Assembly (NCBI GenBank): GCA_015062525.1
Contig: SUUM01000002.1
Coordinates: forward strand, 82,964 to 146,963
Reading direction: 5' to 3'
Source: Alphaproteobacteria bacterium
GTDB lineage: Bacteria > Pseudomonadota > Alphaproteobacteria > Rs-D84
Length of the DNA: 64,000 bases
In this document: positions 55,602 through 64,000 of the stretch, piece after piece
Numbering within the stretch: the stretch's first letter is position 1
Layout: the number at the start of each line of letters is the position of its first letter
Program-made: the position numbers and the translations under genes
Notes under the pieces: generated by a model
Told to the model about the DNA's origin: nothing
The model's database searches: none
The model's input: the letters and a program-made list of their open reading frames with translations, nothing else

Positions 55602-56543
55602 ATGGAACAGAAAAATACATTTTTTGCAAATCTGAAAACAAAAATTAAGCTTGCATCTTGGTGGCGACATTTTGTTCACCCACACCAACTATGGACTGCC
55701 ATAAAGTTCGCAGGACACTTTTATACAAAATTTTCTCAGGAAGAAAAAACACAATTTCAAGATGAACTGTCTGTTGTTTTAATTATTAAGGATGAGGCAA
55801 GCTACTTAGCTGAATGGATTGAATATCATAAAATAGTTGGGGTTACTAAGTTTTATATATATGACAATGAGTCTACAGATAATATAAAAGAAATTCTTAA
55901 AAATTACAGGGAGGACGTTGTCTATAAATATTGGCCTGGTAGAGGCCAGCAAATTTCTGCCTATAACGATGCTCTTAAGAATTATAAATTAAAAACTAAA
56001 TGGATGGCATTCATTGATACTGACGAATTCTTGGTACCTGTCCAACATAAAACTATTATTGATGTCATAAATGATATAAAACCAAAATATGGCCTGGGGG
56101 CGAGTTGGGTTAATTATGGTGACAGCGGACATGCGAAGCGAACCCCGGGGTTAACCATAGAACGGTTTACAAAAAGAGCACCATTGGAACATCCTAAAAA
56201 TCTCATGGTGAAATCGATTATCAACCCAAGGGCTGCTTTTATGTTTGCTGTCCATAATGGTTGTTTTCTTGGTTTCAGAAGCGGAATTGATGAAAATGGT
56301 AGAAAAATCGCAGGTTTTAATCTAAAACCCAGCATAAAGAAAATTCGTGTTAATCACTATTTTACAAAAAGTTATGAGGAATTTTTGAATAAAACAAAAC
56401 GTGGCGATGCAGAAACGCCAGACGGTCGTTTCAATAAATCCTTTGATGAGGGGAACACAAATGACATATATGATGATATTATGTTAAAATATGTTCCCGA
56501 AATCAAGGCTAGGCTAGAGAAGAAGGGATTGCTTACTCGATAA
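55602..56543 (+). CDS. GT92/GT2-like glycosyltransferase
   Basis: VVLIIKDEASYLAEWIEYHKIVGVTKFYIYDNESTDN signature. Confidence 0.5.
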   Translation: MEQKNTFFANLKTKIKLASWWRHFVHPHQLWTAIKFAGHFYTKFSQEEKTQFQDELSVVLIIKDEASYLAEWIEYHKIVGVTKFYIYDNESTDNIKEILKNYREDVVYKYWPGRGQQISAYNDALKNYKLKTKWMAFIDTDEFLVPVQHKTIIDVINDIKPKYGLGASWVNYGDSGHAKRTPGLTIERFTKRAPLEHPKNLMVKSIINPRAAFMFAVHNGCFLGFRSGIDENGRKIAGFNLKPSIKKIRVNHYFTKSYEEFLNKTKRGDAETPDGRFNKSFDEGNTNDIYDDIMLKYVPEIKARLEKKGLLTR

Positions 56544-57174
56544 TCTCTACTCCCTCACCAACAGTTTCTAATACATTTCCATCTACATCGAATATCAAGC
56601 CACAATTTTCTGGTATACAATAAACCTTAAACTTGTTTTCTTTTGCCACTTTTTTGACATGCTCAGAAGTTTCAGGCCAATGACACGCAACACATGCACC
56701 TTGTAATAAATTTAGCCCATCTTCTTGTTTATAATCGCCACGTTCATCCATTGCAGCAGCGGTCTTTATTGAACGCCCCATAATGATTGCACCGGCACTG
56801 CCACCATAAACTGGCTTACCCGATTTCATAAACATTATTAACTTTTTATCAAGTCCGTACTTTAATACATTATCTAGAAGTTTAAATGTATTTCCACCGC
56901 CAATATATACAGCATCATAATCATCTAAAATAATATTTTTTCCTGTCTGATCGTTTAGCATTTCTATAGCGATCGTATCACTGTATAACCTAACAACACT
57001 TGTAAACCATTCAAGCCCACCAGTATAATTTCCAGAATCCATCGCCAATGGCACATATAGGATTCTTCCTGTTGCTGGTAACGTATTGAAAAATATCGTA
57101 TCCAAGCGAGCACTATCCTCTGCACCACCGCCACCACCTAGATACAAAGTTGCTTTTTTATTTTCTATCGACAT
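56533..57174 (-). CDS. Peptidase S51 (dipeptidase E / cyanophycinase-like)
   Basis: LYLGGGGG..., VYGGSAGAIIMG (Ser nucleophile GxSAG), later His/Glu. Confidence 0.65.
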   Translation of the reverse strand: MSIENKKATLYLGGGGGAEDSARLDTIFFNTLPATGRILYVPLAMDSGNYTGGLEWFTSVVRLYSDTIAIEMLNDQTGKNIILDDYDAVYIGGGNTFKLLDNVLKYGLDKKLIMFMKSGKPVYGGSAGAIIMGRSIKTAAAMDERGDYKQEDGLNLLQGACVACHWPETSEHVKKVAKENKFKVYCIPENCGLIFDVDGNVLETVGEGVEIIE

Positions 57175-57799
57175 TGTTTTCTCCTTTGTTTTGGTATAAT
57201 TGTGGATTCAAATCTGGATCATTATACATCTTAAATTGATAATACGATGCAATTCTTTTTTTCCCAGACAGATATTCTTTTATTAAGTGTTTTACTGCTT
57301 TGACGAGAGATTTTTTTTGTTCCAACAAAACATCCAGCTTTTCAGAAGCTTGTTTCACTTTTTCAAAGCTGGTGTCGGTTCTTTGTGTTTGTTCGTTCAT
57401 GTGAAAAATTTTAAGGGATAAAATTGATAATCTATCTATCGTCATACCAAGTGTTTCTGTGTTTTGTATATCTTCACATACATCGGGTAATTCTGGGAGT
57501 AATAATTTAGTTATTGCGGTATCTATATTTTCATAGAAATTAGTTCGCATTTGATTAAGCTTATCAATTTTATATTTACAATCTGCAATTACAACAGGAG
57601 GAACATCTTTACGTCTGGCTATGTCTTCTGTATGCCATAACTTAAAGTTCATCAAATGATTTGCTTTAACATAGTTATATAATGTTTCTATCGGAGAACT
57701 GGATACCTCAAACTCCTCAGCCAAATCTTCCTCGTTTACATGCCATAATTCTGTATATTTTTCTTGGGCTTTAGCGATAGTATCTATTATTTCATCCAT
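57158..57799 (-). CDS. Hypothetical protein
   Basis: 213-aa ORF overlapping the S51 gene start; no motif recognised. Confidence 0.4.
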   Translation of the reverse strand: MDEIIDTIAKAQEKYTELWHVNEEDLAEEFEVSSSPIETLYNYVKANHLMNFKLWHTEDIARRKDVPPVVIADCKYKIDKLNQMRTNFYENIDTAITKLLLPELPDVCEDIQNTETLGMTIDRLSILSLKIFHMNEQTQRTDTSFEKVKQASEKLDVLLEQKKSLVKAVKHLIKEYLSGKKRIASYYQFKMYNDPDLNPQLYQNKGENNVDRK

Positions 57800-58135
57800 T
57801 ATATACCTCTCTTATAATTTCATTAACTAGCATATTTTTCTTCATTAGACAATATTTTTATCATTATATGATTTACATTCTGAATATATTTCGCCTTTGG
57901 CCAATCCAGCCAATGATATACGTGTGGTTGAAACAACGTTCTTTAGATTTGCAACCTCATCCAATGTAAAGTATTGCATATCTGCACACTTGTCCCCCTC
58001 GCAGTTGCGAATTGTGCCGGTATATTTTGATACCTCGAAAAAGAAATCAAAAGATTCTGTTCGACTGGCCAGATTGCTGGTGACATGAACACATTTGATA
58101 TCGCAAGTGGCTATTTAGCAAATTATAATAGATTA

Positions 58136-58729
58136 TTATTTTGTGCCATTCTCTGCTTCAATCAACTCATCAATGGCCATTAGCTTATCCTCCTGTTTAG
58201 ACAGACTTTTTTTCACAATAGATAAATCCTGAGTTTTGACATATTTTGCAACATCTTTTGGAATATATTTTAGTTTTTGACCTTCTATTTCTAGCGCTTT
58301 GCGCTGTTTTGTTAACGCCATAACTGTCTGTTTCCTTAAATCACGCAAAAACGCTATTCTTTCCGTTTTTTTTAGATGTAAATATTTTTCATTATTTACT
58401 ATTTCTATTTTAAATGGTTCTAGTTTAGATTGTTTAGCTTTTGCTTTCACCGCTCTTATAGTCCAAATTGGTAAAAGGATCAAGAGCCAATACATCAGTA
58501 AAACTATCGCGGTCGCAGCGATACCAATTCCCACTCTATAAATAGCTTTTTCTCGAACCGGGGCAGGAACAAAACAACATACCAACACCATAAGCAACAA
58601 CCAAAAACTAAATTGCATAATTTTTTTATTTGTCTTCGAGGTTTCGCCATATATTTTATATAAACACCAAAACAAAACAACAAAAGCTACCAAACCTATA
58701 AATTTAAATATGGTTACTAAAACATCCAT
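58136..58729 (-). CDS. Membrane protein with a C-terminal coiled coil, hypothetical
   Basis: Three to four TM helices followed by a Lys/Glu-rich helical tail. Confidence 0.45.
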   Translation of the reverse strand: MDVLVTIFKFIGLVAFVVLFWCLYKIYGETSKTNKKIMQFSFWLLLMVLVCCFVPAPVREKAIYRVGIGIAATAIVLLMYWLLILLPIWTIRAVKAKAKQSKLEPFKIEIVNNEKYLHLKKTERIAFLRDLRKQTVMALTKQRKALEIEGQKLKYIPKDVAKYVKTQDLSIVKKSLSKQEDKLMAIDELIEAENGTK

Positions 58730-58962
58730 GGAAAAACCTCTTATTTTTATTCCTATTCTAGCAACAACATTTGAAAATGTAAATTGAATATATTAGCGAT
58801 TAAATTATTGTTAGCACGGTCGTTTGAAAAACATACATTTACATACACTCTGGGACAAAAGTCGCAGGTTTCTGCGGTTTTGCGGGGTGCATAACACACG
58901 ACAAAATTCTTCTAAAAACGCTTGACTTCTGCATTTTTTTAGTATATTATATGCAACGCTAT

Positions 58963-59038
58963 TCGGGCATAGTTCAGTCGGTAGAACAACGGACTGTTAA
59001 TCCGTATGTCGTTGGTTCGAGTCCAACTGCCCGAGCCA
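58963..59038 (+). tRNA. tRNA-Asn (anticodon GUU)
   Basis: Acceptor tcgggca/tgcccga, D-stem gttc/gaac, anticodon loop cuGUUaa, T-arm gttgg ttcgagt ccaac, CCA encoded; 76 nt. Confidence 0.85.
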
Positions 59039-59279
59039 GATTTAGCCCAGATTTCTGGGCTTTTTTCTTTGTTTCCAGATTTCTAACTTGTTATCATTTT
59101 CCTCATTAAATGATTCTTGTTGACCGTATAGTCATTCAAAAAACATACATTTTTACACCGCAAACCGATTTGAAATGGTTTATTGATATACGTTATAAGA
59201 GTTAATATCAACCCTTATTTTAATGCCAGTTTTCTCTGTTTGTCCTTAATAAACTTTGCCCTAGACACTCGAAACCTTT

Positions 59280-60746
59280 TTATGAGATATAGCCCTGCAC
59301 CACCTCTAGCAACCGAACCATTGCGATAGTGTCCTGGCCACAGTATTCATGCAAATTCTTCATCATTTCTTCGGTTTGTGCTGGCGTTTGTTTACCAACC
59401 ATAAAGTCCATAAATTGATCACTGGCCTCGGTTCCGTTGTGTATTCCCAAATTCTCATACGACATTTCCGGTATGAATGCTGGCAATGTTTGTTTAATCG
59501 ATGCGCTGCCGTTCTGACATGGGCGATACAATCCACGTTCACGAAATGGCATCAGCAAGTCCAACATGCGGTCATTTATCGCCAGCAGTTGATCTGAATA
59601 TTCTGGAAAGTCACGGGCCATTTCTGTATTGCGACCTTGTTCAAATCCCTGGTTATAGACAATGACCGATCCGGTGGTACCGATAGTTTCTATCAGTTTC
59701 TTTATCAAACCCGGTCTTGGATCTGTGCTGGATTCATCGTGCAGATATTCGTAGTGTTCCAGTTCGCCCCCTGGGGTCCGTTGCACATGCAGTGAAAACT
59801 GGAAACAAATCTGCTGATATGGCCTTGAGTTATCAAACATCGGTACCGCTGGCATGATGGACTCGTAGTCCAGGAAATACAGTGGCCACTGCAATTGGTC
59901 TGTAAAGTTGTGCAGAATGTCCGGATTGACGACTTCGGTTCCGGTCAGGTATGCCTCTATGTCGCCTGGGTGCATTTGCTTGATACGTTCCTGTTCCGGT
60001 ATGCCGGTCAGGTCCGCACCGTATGCTGCATACATTTCATCTGCCAGCGCACCCTTAAATGCATTGAATACTGAATAGTCCGGTATATTCCGCCAGCAAT
60101 GGTGTTTGTAAGGACAATCATAGAACTTATTGCACTTGCCCTTGGATATTGCAATCCCCAGTTCTGGGCCGTCTAACACCGCACGAATGCGTTTCACATC
60201 TGCTGCGACTTGTTCCATTGGCTGCAGCTCTTCGTTTACGTTATGCAGCACAAACAGTTCCTGGATATCCAGCGCACCGTGTCTGACGTATTCTGGGTTC
60301 AGGGTAAGTATGTAGCAATCACGTATTTTGACACCACATTGTGTGAATACATATTTCTGGAATGACGCATCAAGATAGTGGTATTCGTGGGGGCTTGTGG
60401 TTGACTTAACCTCTATGATGTCCCATGTGCCGTCATTATTATTACGAAGAATGTCCACCGCACAGTATTCGCCTGTCTTGGTGGACAATGTTGCCTCATA
60501 GATATATGGGTCATCAGCCTTTATGGCATCTTGGGTCTGCCATGCTGCCTCATATTCCCATGGTTTAGCTGTGATGTATCTGCCACCTGGGAACTTATCT
60601 ATGGCCAATCTTCCGATTTCGTGTCCACGTTCCAGGATTGCCATGTTCATTTCAGTCTGGATATCCTTGCGCAGTTTCTTGAACCATATTGCGTTTGGAC
60701 ATTTTACCCCTAATACATAATCTGATTTTGATATTTTGAACATCAC
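59280..60746 (-). CDS. PD-(D/E)XK-fold nuclease-like protein (Cas4/RecB-like N-terminus, DUF2779-like)
   Basis: N-terminal ...SDYVLGVKCPNAIWF... then CAVDILRNNNDGTWDIIEVKSTTS (D...D/E.K core). 488 aa; 4-nt overlap with the downstream gene. Confidence 0.5.
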   Translation of the reverse strand: MMFKISKSDYVLGVKCPNAIWFKKLRKDIQTEMNMAILERGHEIGRLAIDKFPGGRYITAKPWEYEAAWQTQDAIKADDPYIYEATLSTKTGEYCAVDILRNNNDGTWDIIEVKSTTSPHEYHYLDASFQKYVFTQCGVKIRDCYILTLNPEYVRHGALDIQELFVLHNVNEELQPMEQVAADVKRIRAVLDGPELGIAISKGKCNKFYDCPYKHHCWRNIPDYSVFNAFKGALADEMYAAYGADLTGIPEQERIKQMHPGDIEAYLTGTEVVNPDILHNFTDQLQWPLYFLDYESIMPAVPMFDNSRPYQQICFQFSLHVQRTPGGELEHYEYLHDESSTDPRPGLIKKLIETIGTTGSVIVYNQGFEQGRNTEMARDFPEYSDQLLAINDRMLDLLMPFRERGLYRPCQNGSASIKQTLPAFIPEMSYENLGIHNGTEASDQFMDFMVGKQTPAQTEEMMKNLHEYCGQDTIAMVRLLEVVQGYIS

Positions 60747-61522
60747 GAAACCTTTATTCTTCCTTTATAATAGTACCAAAGCAAATGATCAAAACCATTT
60801 TTGCTTATCTTGTTACCTGCTTTTTTTATAATTTTCTCTATTGTTTCCGAATATACCGCATAGTCTTCCAGTTCTTGCTTTTTTACTTCAATTCCATAGT
60901 AATCAATATACAGTGGTAATGCGTTTTTTAATATTGAGTCGTATATTGAGTAATTGTCTTGCTCTTTCTTGCCCTCGAACAGATAAAAGCATGCATAGTG
61001 ACAGAACTTGCTTGCAAACGACTTGTTTTCCCTGGGCCTTATGGTTGCACTAGTTTTCCTTGCAATTATTTCTACCAGTTTATATTTCGTGCCATGTGGG
61101 TCTTGTAGATAATGTAGTAGTTTTTCTAGTGGAATCTTGCATATTCTTTCTGTTATTTCATCACGTCCAATACCGTCTGCGTTCAGATGTGTGGAATTAT
61201 CTCGATCTACAGCTATCACAGCATTTGCTATGATGTTCTTGTATGTTTTTCTGTCCGTCATGTTTTTTTTAATGTAATCCCTTAACTGACACATCCAATA
61301 TGCTGTTGAACCACCTTTGCCATTCTTGTCCGGCCCATACTCTTTGTTGCCGGAGTTTAAGTATGCAGCATCATTTTGAATCATAGCCTCAACCCTGGCC
61401 ACATTGTCTTGGGTTATTTCTACGAGTCCCTTAGTTTCTATGGTCGTGAGCATATATTTTTTTGCTATTTCTAGTTCATTTCCGATCTTATTCATTGATT
61501 GCCTTTCCATTGATTGTGCCAA
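60743..61522 (-). CDS. Hypothetical protein co-transcribed with the PD-(D/E)XK gene
   Basis: 259-aa ORF; no motif recognised. Confidence 0.4.
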   Translation of the reverse strand: MAQSMERQSMNKIGNELEIAKKYMLTTIETKGLVEITQDNVARVEAMIQNDAAYLNSGNKEYGPDKNGKGGSTAYWMCQLRDYIKKNMTDRKTYKNIIANAVIAVDRDNSTHLNADGIGRDEITERICKIPLEKLLHYLQDPHGTKYKLVEIIARKTSATIRPRENKSFASKFCHYACFYLFEGKKEQDNYSIYDSILKNALPLYIDYYGIEVKKQELEDYAVYSETIEKIIKKAGNKISKNGFDHLLWYYYKGRIKVS

Positions 61523-61659
61523 TTATAATTCTTCATAGGAATAAAAGCAATCTGTATCAAGATTGTTTTTTGCTAATTTTTCTTATAAAAGTCTGGAATT
61601 TTTTCCATTCAATGGTATAGTAAAAAGGATATTTAATTCTAGACATAAAGGGATATGAT

Positions 61660-64000
61660 ATGGCCGACACTGATTTCCGATTTTTCACGAATACTGATAG
61701 GGATTCTCTGCTTTCTCGATTTCAAACGACATTAAAAGACGCACGGTATTTTGATGTCCTGGTCGGGTATTTGCGTGCCAGTGGTTTTAACAATCTGTAC
61801 AAGGCATTTACTAAAATTGAAAAAATGAGAGTTTTGGTTGGTCTAAGTGCCGACCGTCAGGTTGTTTCCTTAGTTGAAGAATCTAATCCCCAGGGGCAAC
61901 TAAGGTTGTCACGCCATGATCTGAAGCAGAATTGTGCGGAACATGTCAAAAAGGAATTTGAGAATTGCGATGATTCCCCCGACACCGAAGACTCTGTTGC
62001 CTCTTTGCGACAGATGATTAAGGATGGTAAGCTTGAAATTCGTGCGTTCCCAGAACGGAACATTCATGCCAAGGTATATATCACCCGTTTCCCTGATGAC
62101 GATCGTGATTTTGGTAGTGTTATTACTGGATCTAGCAATTTTAGTGAAAACGGCTTAAAGGCAAACCATGAATTCAATGTTGAATTAAAAGATACACCGG
62201 ATGTAAAATTTGCCCTGGAACGCTTTGAGCAACTTTGGGAGCAAAGTGACGATATTACCAGCGAATACATCGATACAATCGATACGCAGACATGGCTAAA
62301 CCCCAATATTACACCTTACGAAATCTATCTGAAGTTCCTGTACGAATATTTCAAGGAGGAAATCAATTTCGATAAGGAAGGTGGCTTTATGTTGCCAGAT
62401 GGCTTTATGGAATTGGAATACCAGAAACAAGCTGTTACAGCGGCTAAAAAGATCCTGAATGCATATAACGGTGTATTCCTTGCTGACGTTGTTGGTTTAG
62501 GAAAAACATATATTACTGCATTATTGCTGCAACAAATGCCTGCCGAACGTAAACTGATTATTTGTCCACCTGTCTTGATGGATGGTTGGAAGGCTGCTAT
62601 TCGGGATTTTCGTGTTGGCGGTGCGGTCGTGGAATCTTTGGGCAAACTGGACAAAATTGAAAAACAGGCTGAAAACTACGATATTATCGTGATTGACGAA
62701 GCCCACCGTTTCCGCAATGAAGTTACATTTGGCTTTGAAAAGCTACAGCAAATCTGTCAGGGCAAAAAGGTTGTTCTGGTTTCTGCTACGCCAATCAACA
62801 ATAAATTTGATGATTTACTGTCCCTGATCAAGTTGTTTCAGCCAGTGAAACGCAGCACCATCCCTGGTGTAGTCAACTTGGAAGAATTCTTTAAGAGACA
62901 GTCTAGAAAACTAAATGGTCTGCAAAAAGGCACGCCTGAATATCGTGCTGCTGTTTCTGCTGCCTCTGCACAAATCAGAAACAAGGTTCTATCTCATCTT
63001 ATGGTTCGCCGCACTAGAACTGAGATCAAAAAATACTTTGATAAAGACATTAAAAATCAGGGACTTCATTTCCCAGAAGCGGCCGATCCACGTCGTATTA
63101 TTTACCAGTTTGATGAGCAGATCGACAATGTCTTTAATCAGACAATCGATTTGTTAAAGGAATTTTCATATTCCCGTTATACGCCACTGCTTTTCTTAAA
63201 GGAAAAACTTAGTGATTTTGCCGCACAACGTCAAAAGAATATTGGTGGCTTTATGAAGGGCATCCTTGTAAAACGTCTGGAAAGCAGTTTCTATGCATTT
63301 AAGCAGTCAACTGACAGGTTTGTCTTATCTTATGAACGCTTTATTGACATGTTCCAAAAAGGAACTGTGTACATCAGCAACAAGGTGAATGTTTATGACC
63401 TGCTGGACAACGACCAGGAAGACAAGCTCTTGAAGCTGGTTGAGGATGAAAAGGCGGAGATGTATTCTTCCGATCAGTTTAATGATGATTTTCTACCGGC
63501 TCTGCGAAGTGATCTGACCATACTGAGACATATCCAAAAGTTATGGAAAGAGATTGATCAAGACCCAAAAGCGGATGAGTTTGTCCGCATGTTGAAAAAG
63601 GACAAGGACCTTGCCGGTAAGAAAGTTATCGTCTTTACGGAATCCAAGGAAACATCCGACATTGTGTACAAACGCCTGGCCAAGGAATTCAAGGGCCGTG
63701 TTATTCGCTATTCTAGTGAGGGTGGCGACTTTGATGGCCGAACGTTATCTACCGAAGATGCACGCCAGCGCATCAATGAAAACTTTGATCCACGTGAAAA
63801 AACACAGTCGGACGACATTGATATTTTGATTACCACTGACGTGTTGGCTGAAGGTGTGAATCTGCATCGTTCAAATATCTTGGTCAATTATGATCTGCCT
63901 TGGAATCCAACCAGAGTTTTACAGCGTGTCGGTCGTGTAAATCGTGTTGGTTCATCGTTTGCTGAATACTTTGTCTATAACTGTTTCCCAACATCGGTAT
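61660..64000 (+). CDS. PLD-family (HKD) nuclease domain fused to an SNF2-family helicase; 3' end beyond the window
   Basis: HKD motif NIHAKVYITRF...GSSNFSENGL; helicase motifs DVVGLGKTYI (I), DEAHRFRN (II), SATPINN (III), QRVGRVNRVGS (VI). No stop codon before 64000. It is absent from the ORF track only because it is incomplete. Confidence 0.75.
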   Translation, partial: MADTDFRFFTNTDRDSLLSRFQTTLKDARYFDVLVGYLRASGFNNLYKAFTKIEKMRVLVGLSADRQVVSLVEESNPQGQLRLSRHDLKQNCAEHVKKEFENCDDSPDTEDSVASLRQMIKDGKLEIRAFPERNIHAKVYITRFPDDDRDFGSVITGSSNFSENGLKANHEFNVELKDTPDVKFALERFEQLWEQSDDITSEYIDTIDTQTWLNPNITPYEIYLKFLYEYFKEEINFDKEGGFMLPDGFMELEYQKQAVTAAKKILNAYNGVFLADVVGLGKTYITALLLQQMPAERKLIICPPVLMDGWKAAIRDFRVGGAVVESLGKLDKIEKQAENYDIIVIDEAHRFRNEVTFGFEKLQQICQGKKVVLVSATPINNKFDDLLSLIKLFQPVKRSTIPGVVNLEEFFKRQSRKLNGLQKGTPEYRAAVSAASAQIRNKVLSHLMVRRTRTEIKKYFDKDIKNQGLHFPEAADPRRIIYQFDEQIDNVFNQTIDLLKEFSYSRYTPLLFLKEKLSDFAAQRQKNIGGFMKGILVKRLESSFYAFKQSTDRFVLSYERFIDMFQKGTVYISNKVNVYDLLDNDQEDKLLKLVEDEKAEMYSSDQFNDDFLPALRSDLTILRHIQKLWKEIDQDPKADEFVRMLKKDKDLAGKKVIVFTESKETSDIVYKRLAKEFKGRVIRYSSEGGDFDGRTLSTEDARQRINENFDPREKTQSDDIDILITTDVLAEGVNLHRSNILVNYDLPWNPTRVLQRVGRVNRVGSSFAEYFVYNCFPTSV

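Noticed and set aside
1-64000. rRNA genes and additional tRNAs
   Set aside because: No 16S, 23S or 5S-like conserved stretches were seen. Apart from tRNA-Leu, tRNA-Asn and the 5'-half pseudo-tRNA-Asn, no other cloverleaf-compatible CCA-ending segments were found by eye. A tRNAscan run would be needed for certainty.

Overview
This 64-kb chromosomal window looks alphaproteobacterium-like. Moderate-GC core segments carry zauP-zapA, radC, map, holA, lptE, a MotA/MotB-like pair, corA, dgkA, birA, rpmG, comM, lepB-rnc-secG, tRNA-Leu(UAG) and tRNA-Asn(GUU). Several visibly AT-rich accessory segments interrupt the core. (1) Region 1-7033 is an integrase-bearing ~7-kb element bounded by a 14-bp direct repeat. 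It carries a tightly coupled 3-gene operon (T5orf172/MUG113-type protein, GIY-YIG nuclease and an unknown protein) plus an HUH Rep-like gene. (2) A 450-bp MITE with 52-bp terminal inverted repeats lies at 17501-17950. (3) A cryptic phage-like lysis/head/packaging cluster at 22.3-36.0 kb contains a terminase large subunit split into two ORFs by a 3.3-kb opposite-strand module (CI-like repressor plus DnaB helicase), a Lys/Ala 14-aa tandem-repeat protein, and a tail-fibre gene. (4) A glycosyltransferase/HAD island spans 36.0-41.1 kb. (5) A 9.4-kb island (49.5-59.0 kb) is flanked by a duplicated tRNA-Asn locus, of which the left copy is a 5'-half pseudo-tRNA. It encodes a co-directional operon of a full-length SerRS paralog, a class II aaRS catalytic-core-like protein and a radical SAM/SPASM enzyme, next to GT9-like and GT92-like glycosyltransferases, an HD hydrolase and an S51 peptidase. 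(6) The right edge carries a PD-(D/E)XK protein plus a PLD-nuclease/SNF2-helicase fusion. Two candidate sRNAs on the minus strand have perfect sigma70 promoters and intrinsic terminators. The system I consider most likely novel is the aaRS-paralog/radical-SAM/glycosyltransferase island, with the GIY-YIG operon second. All calls come from reading motifs by eye; no database search was possible.
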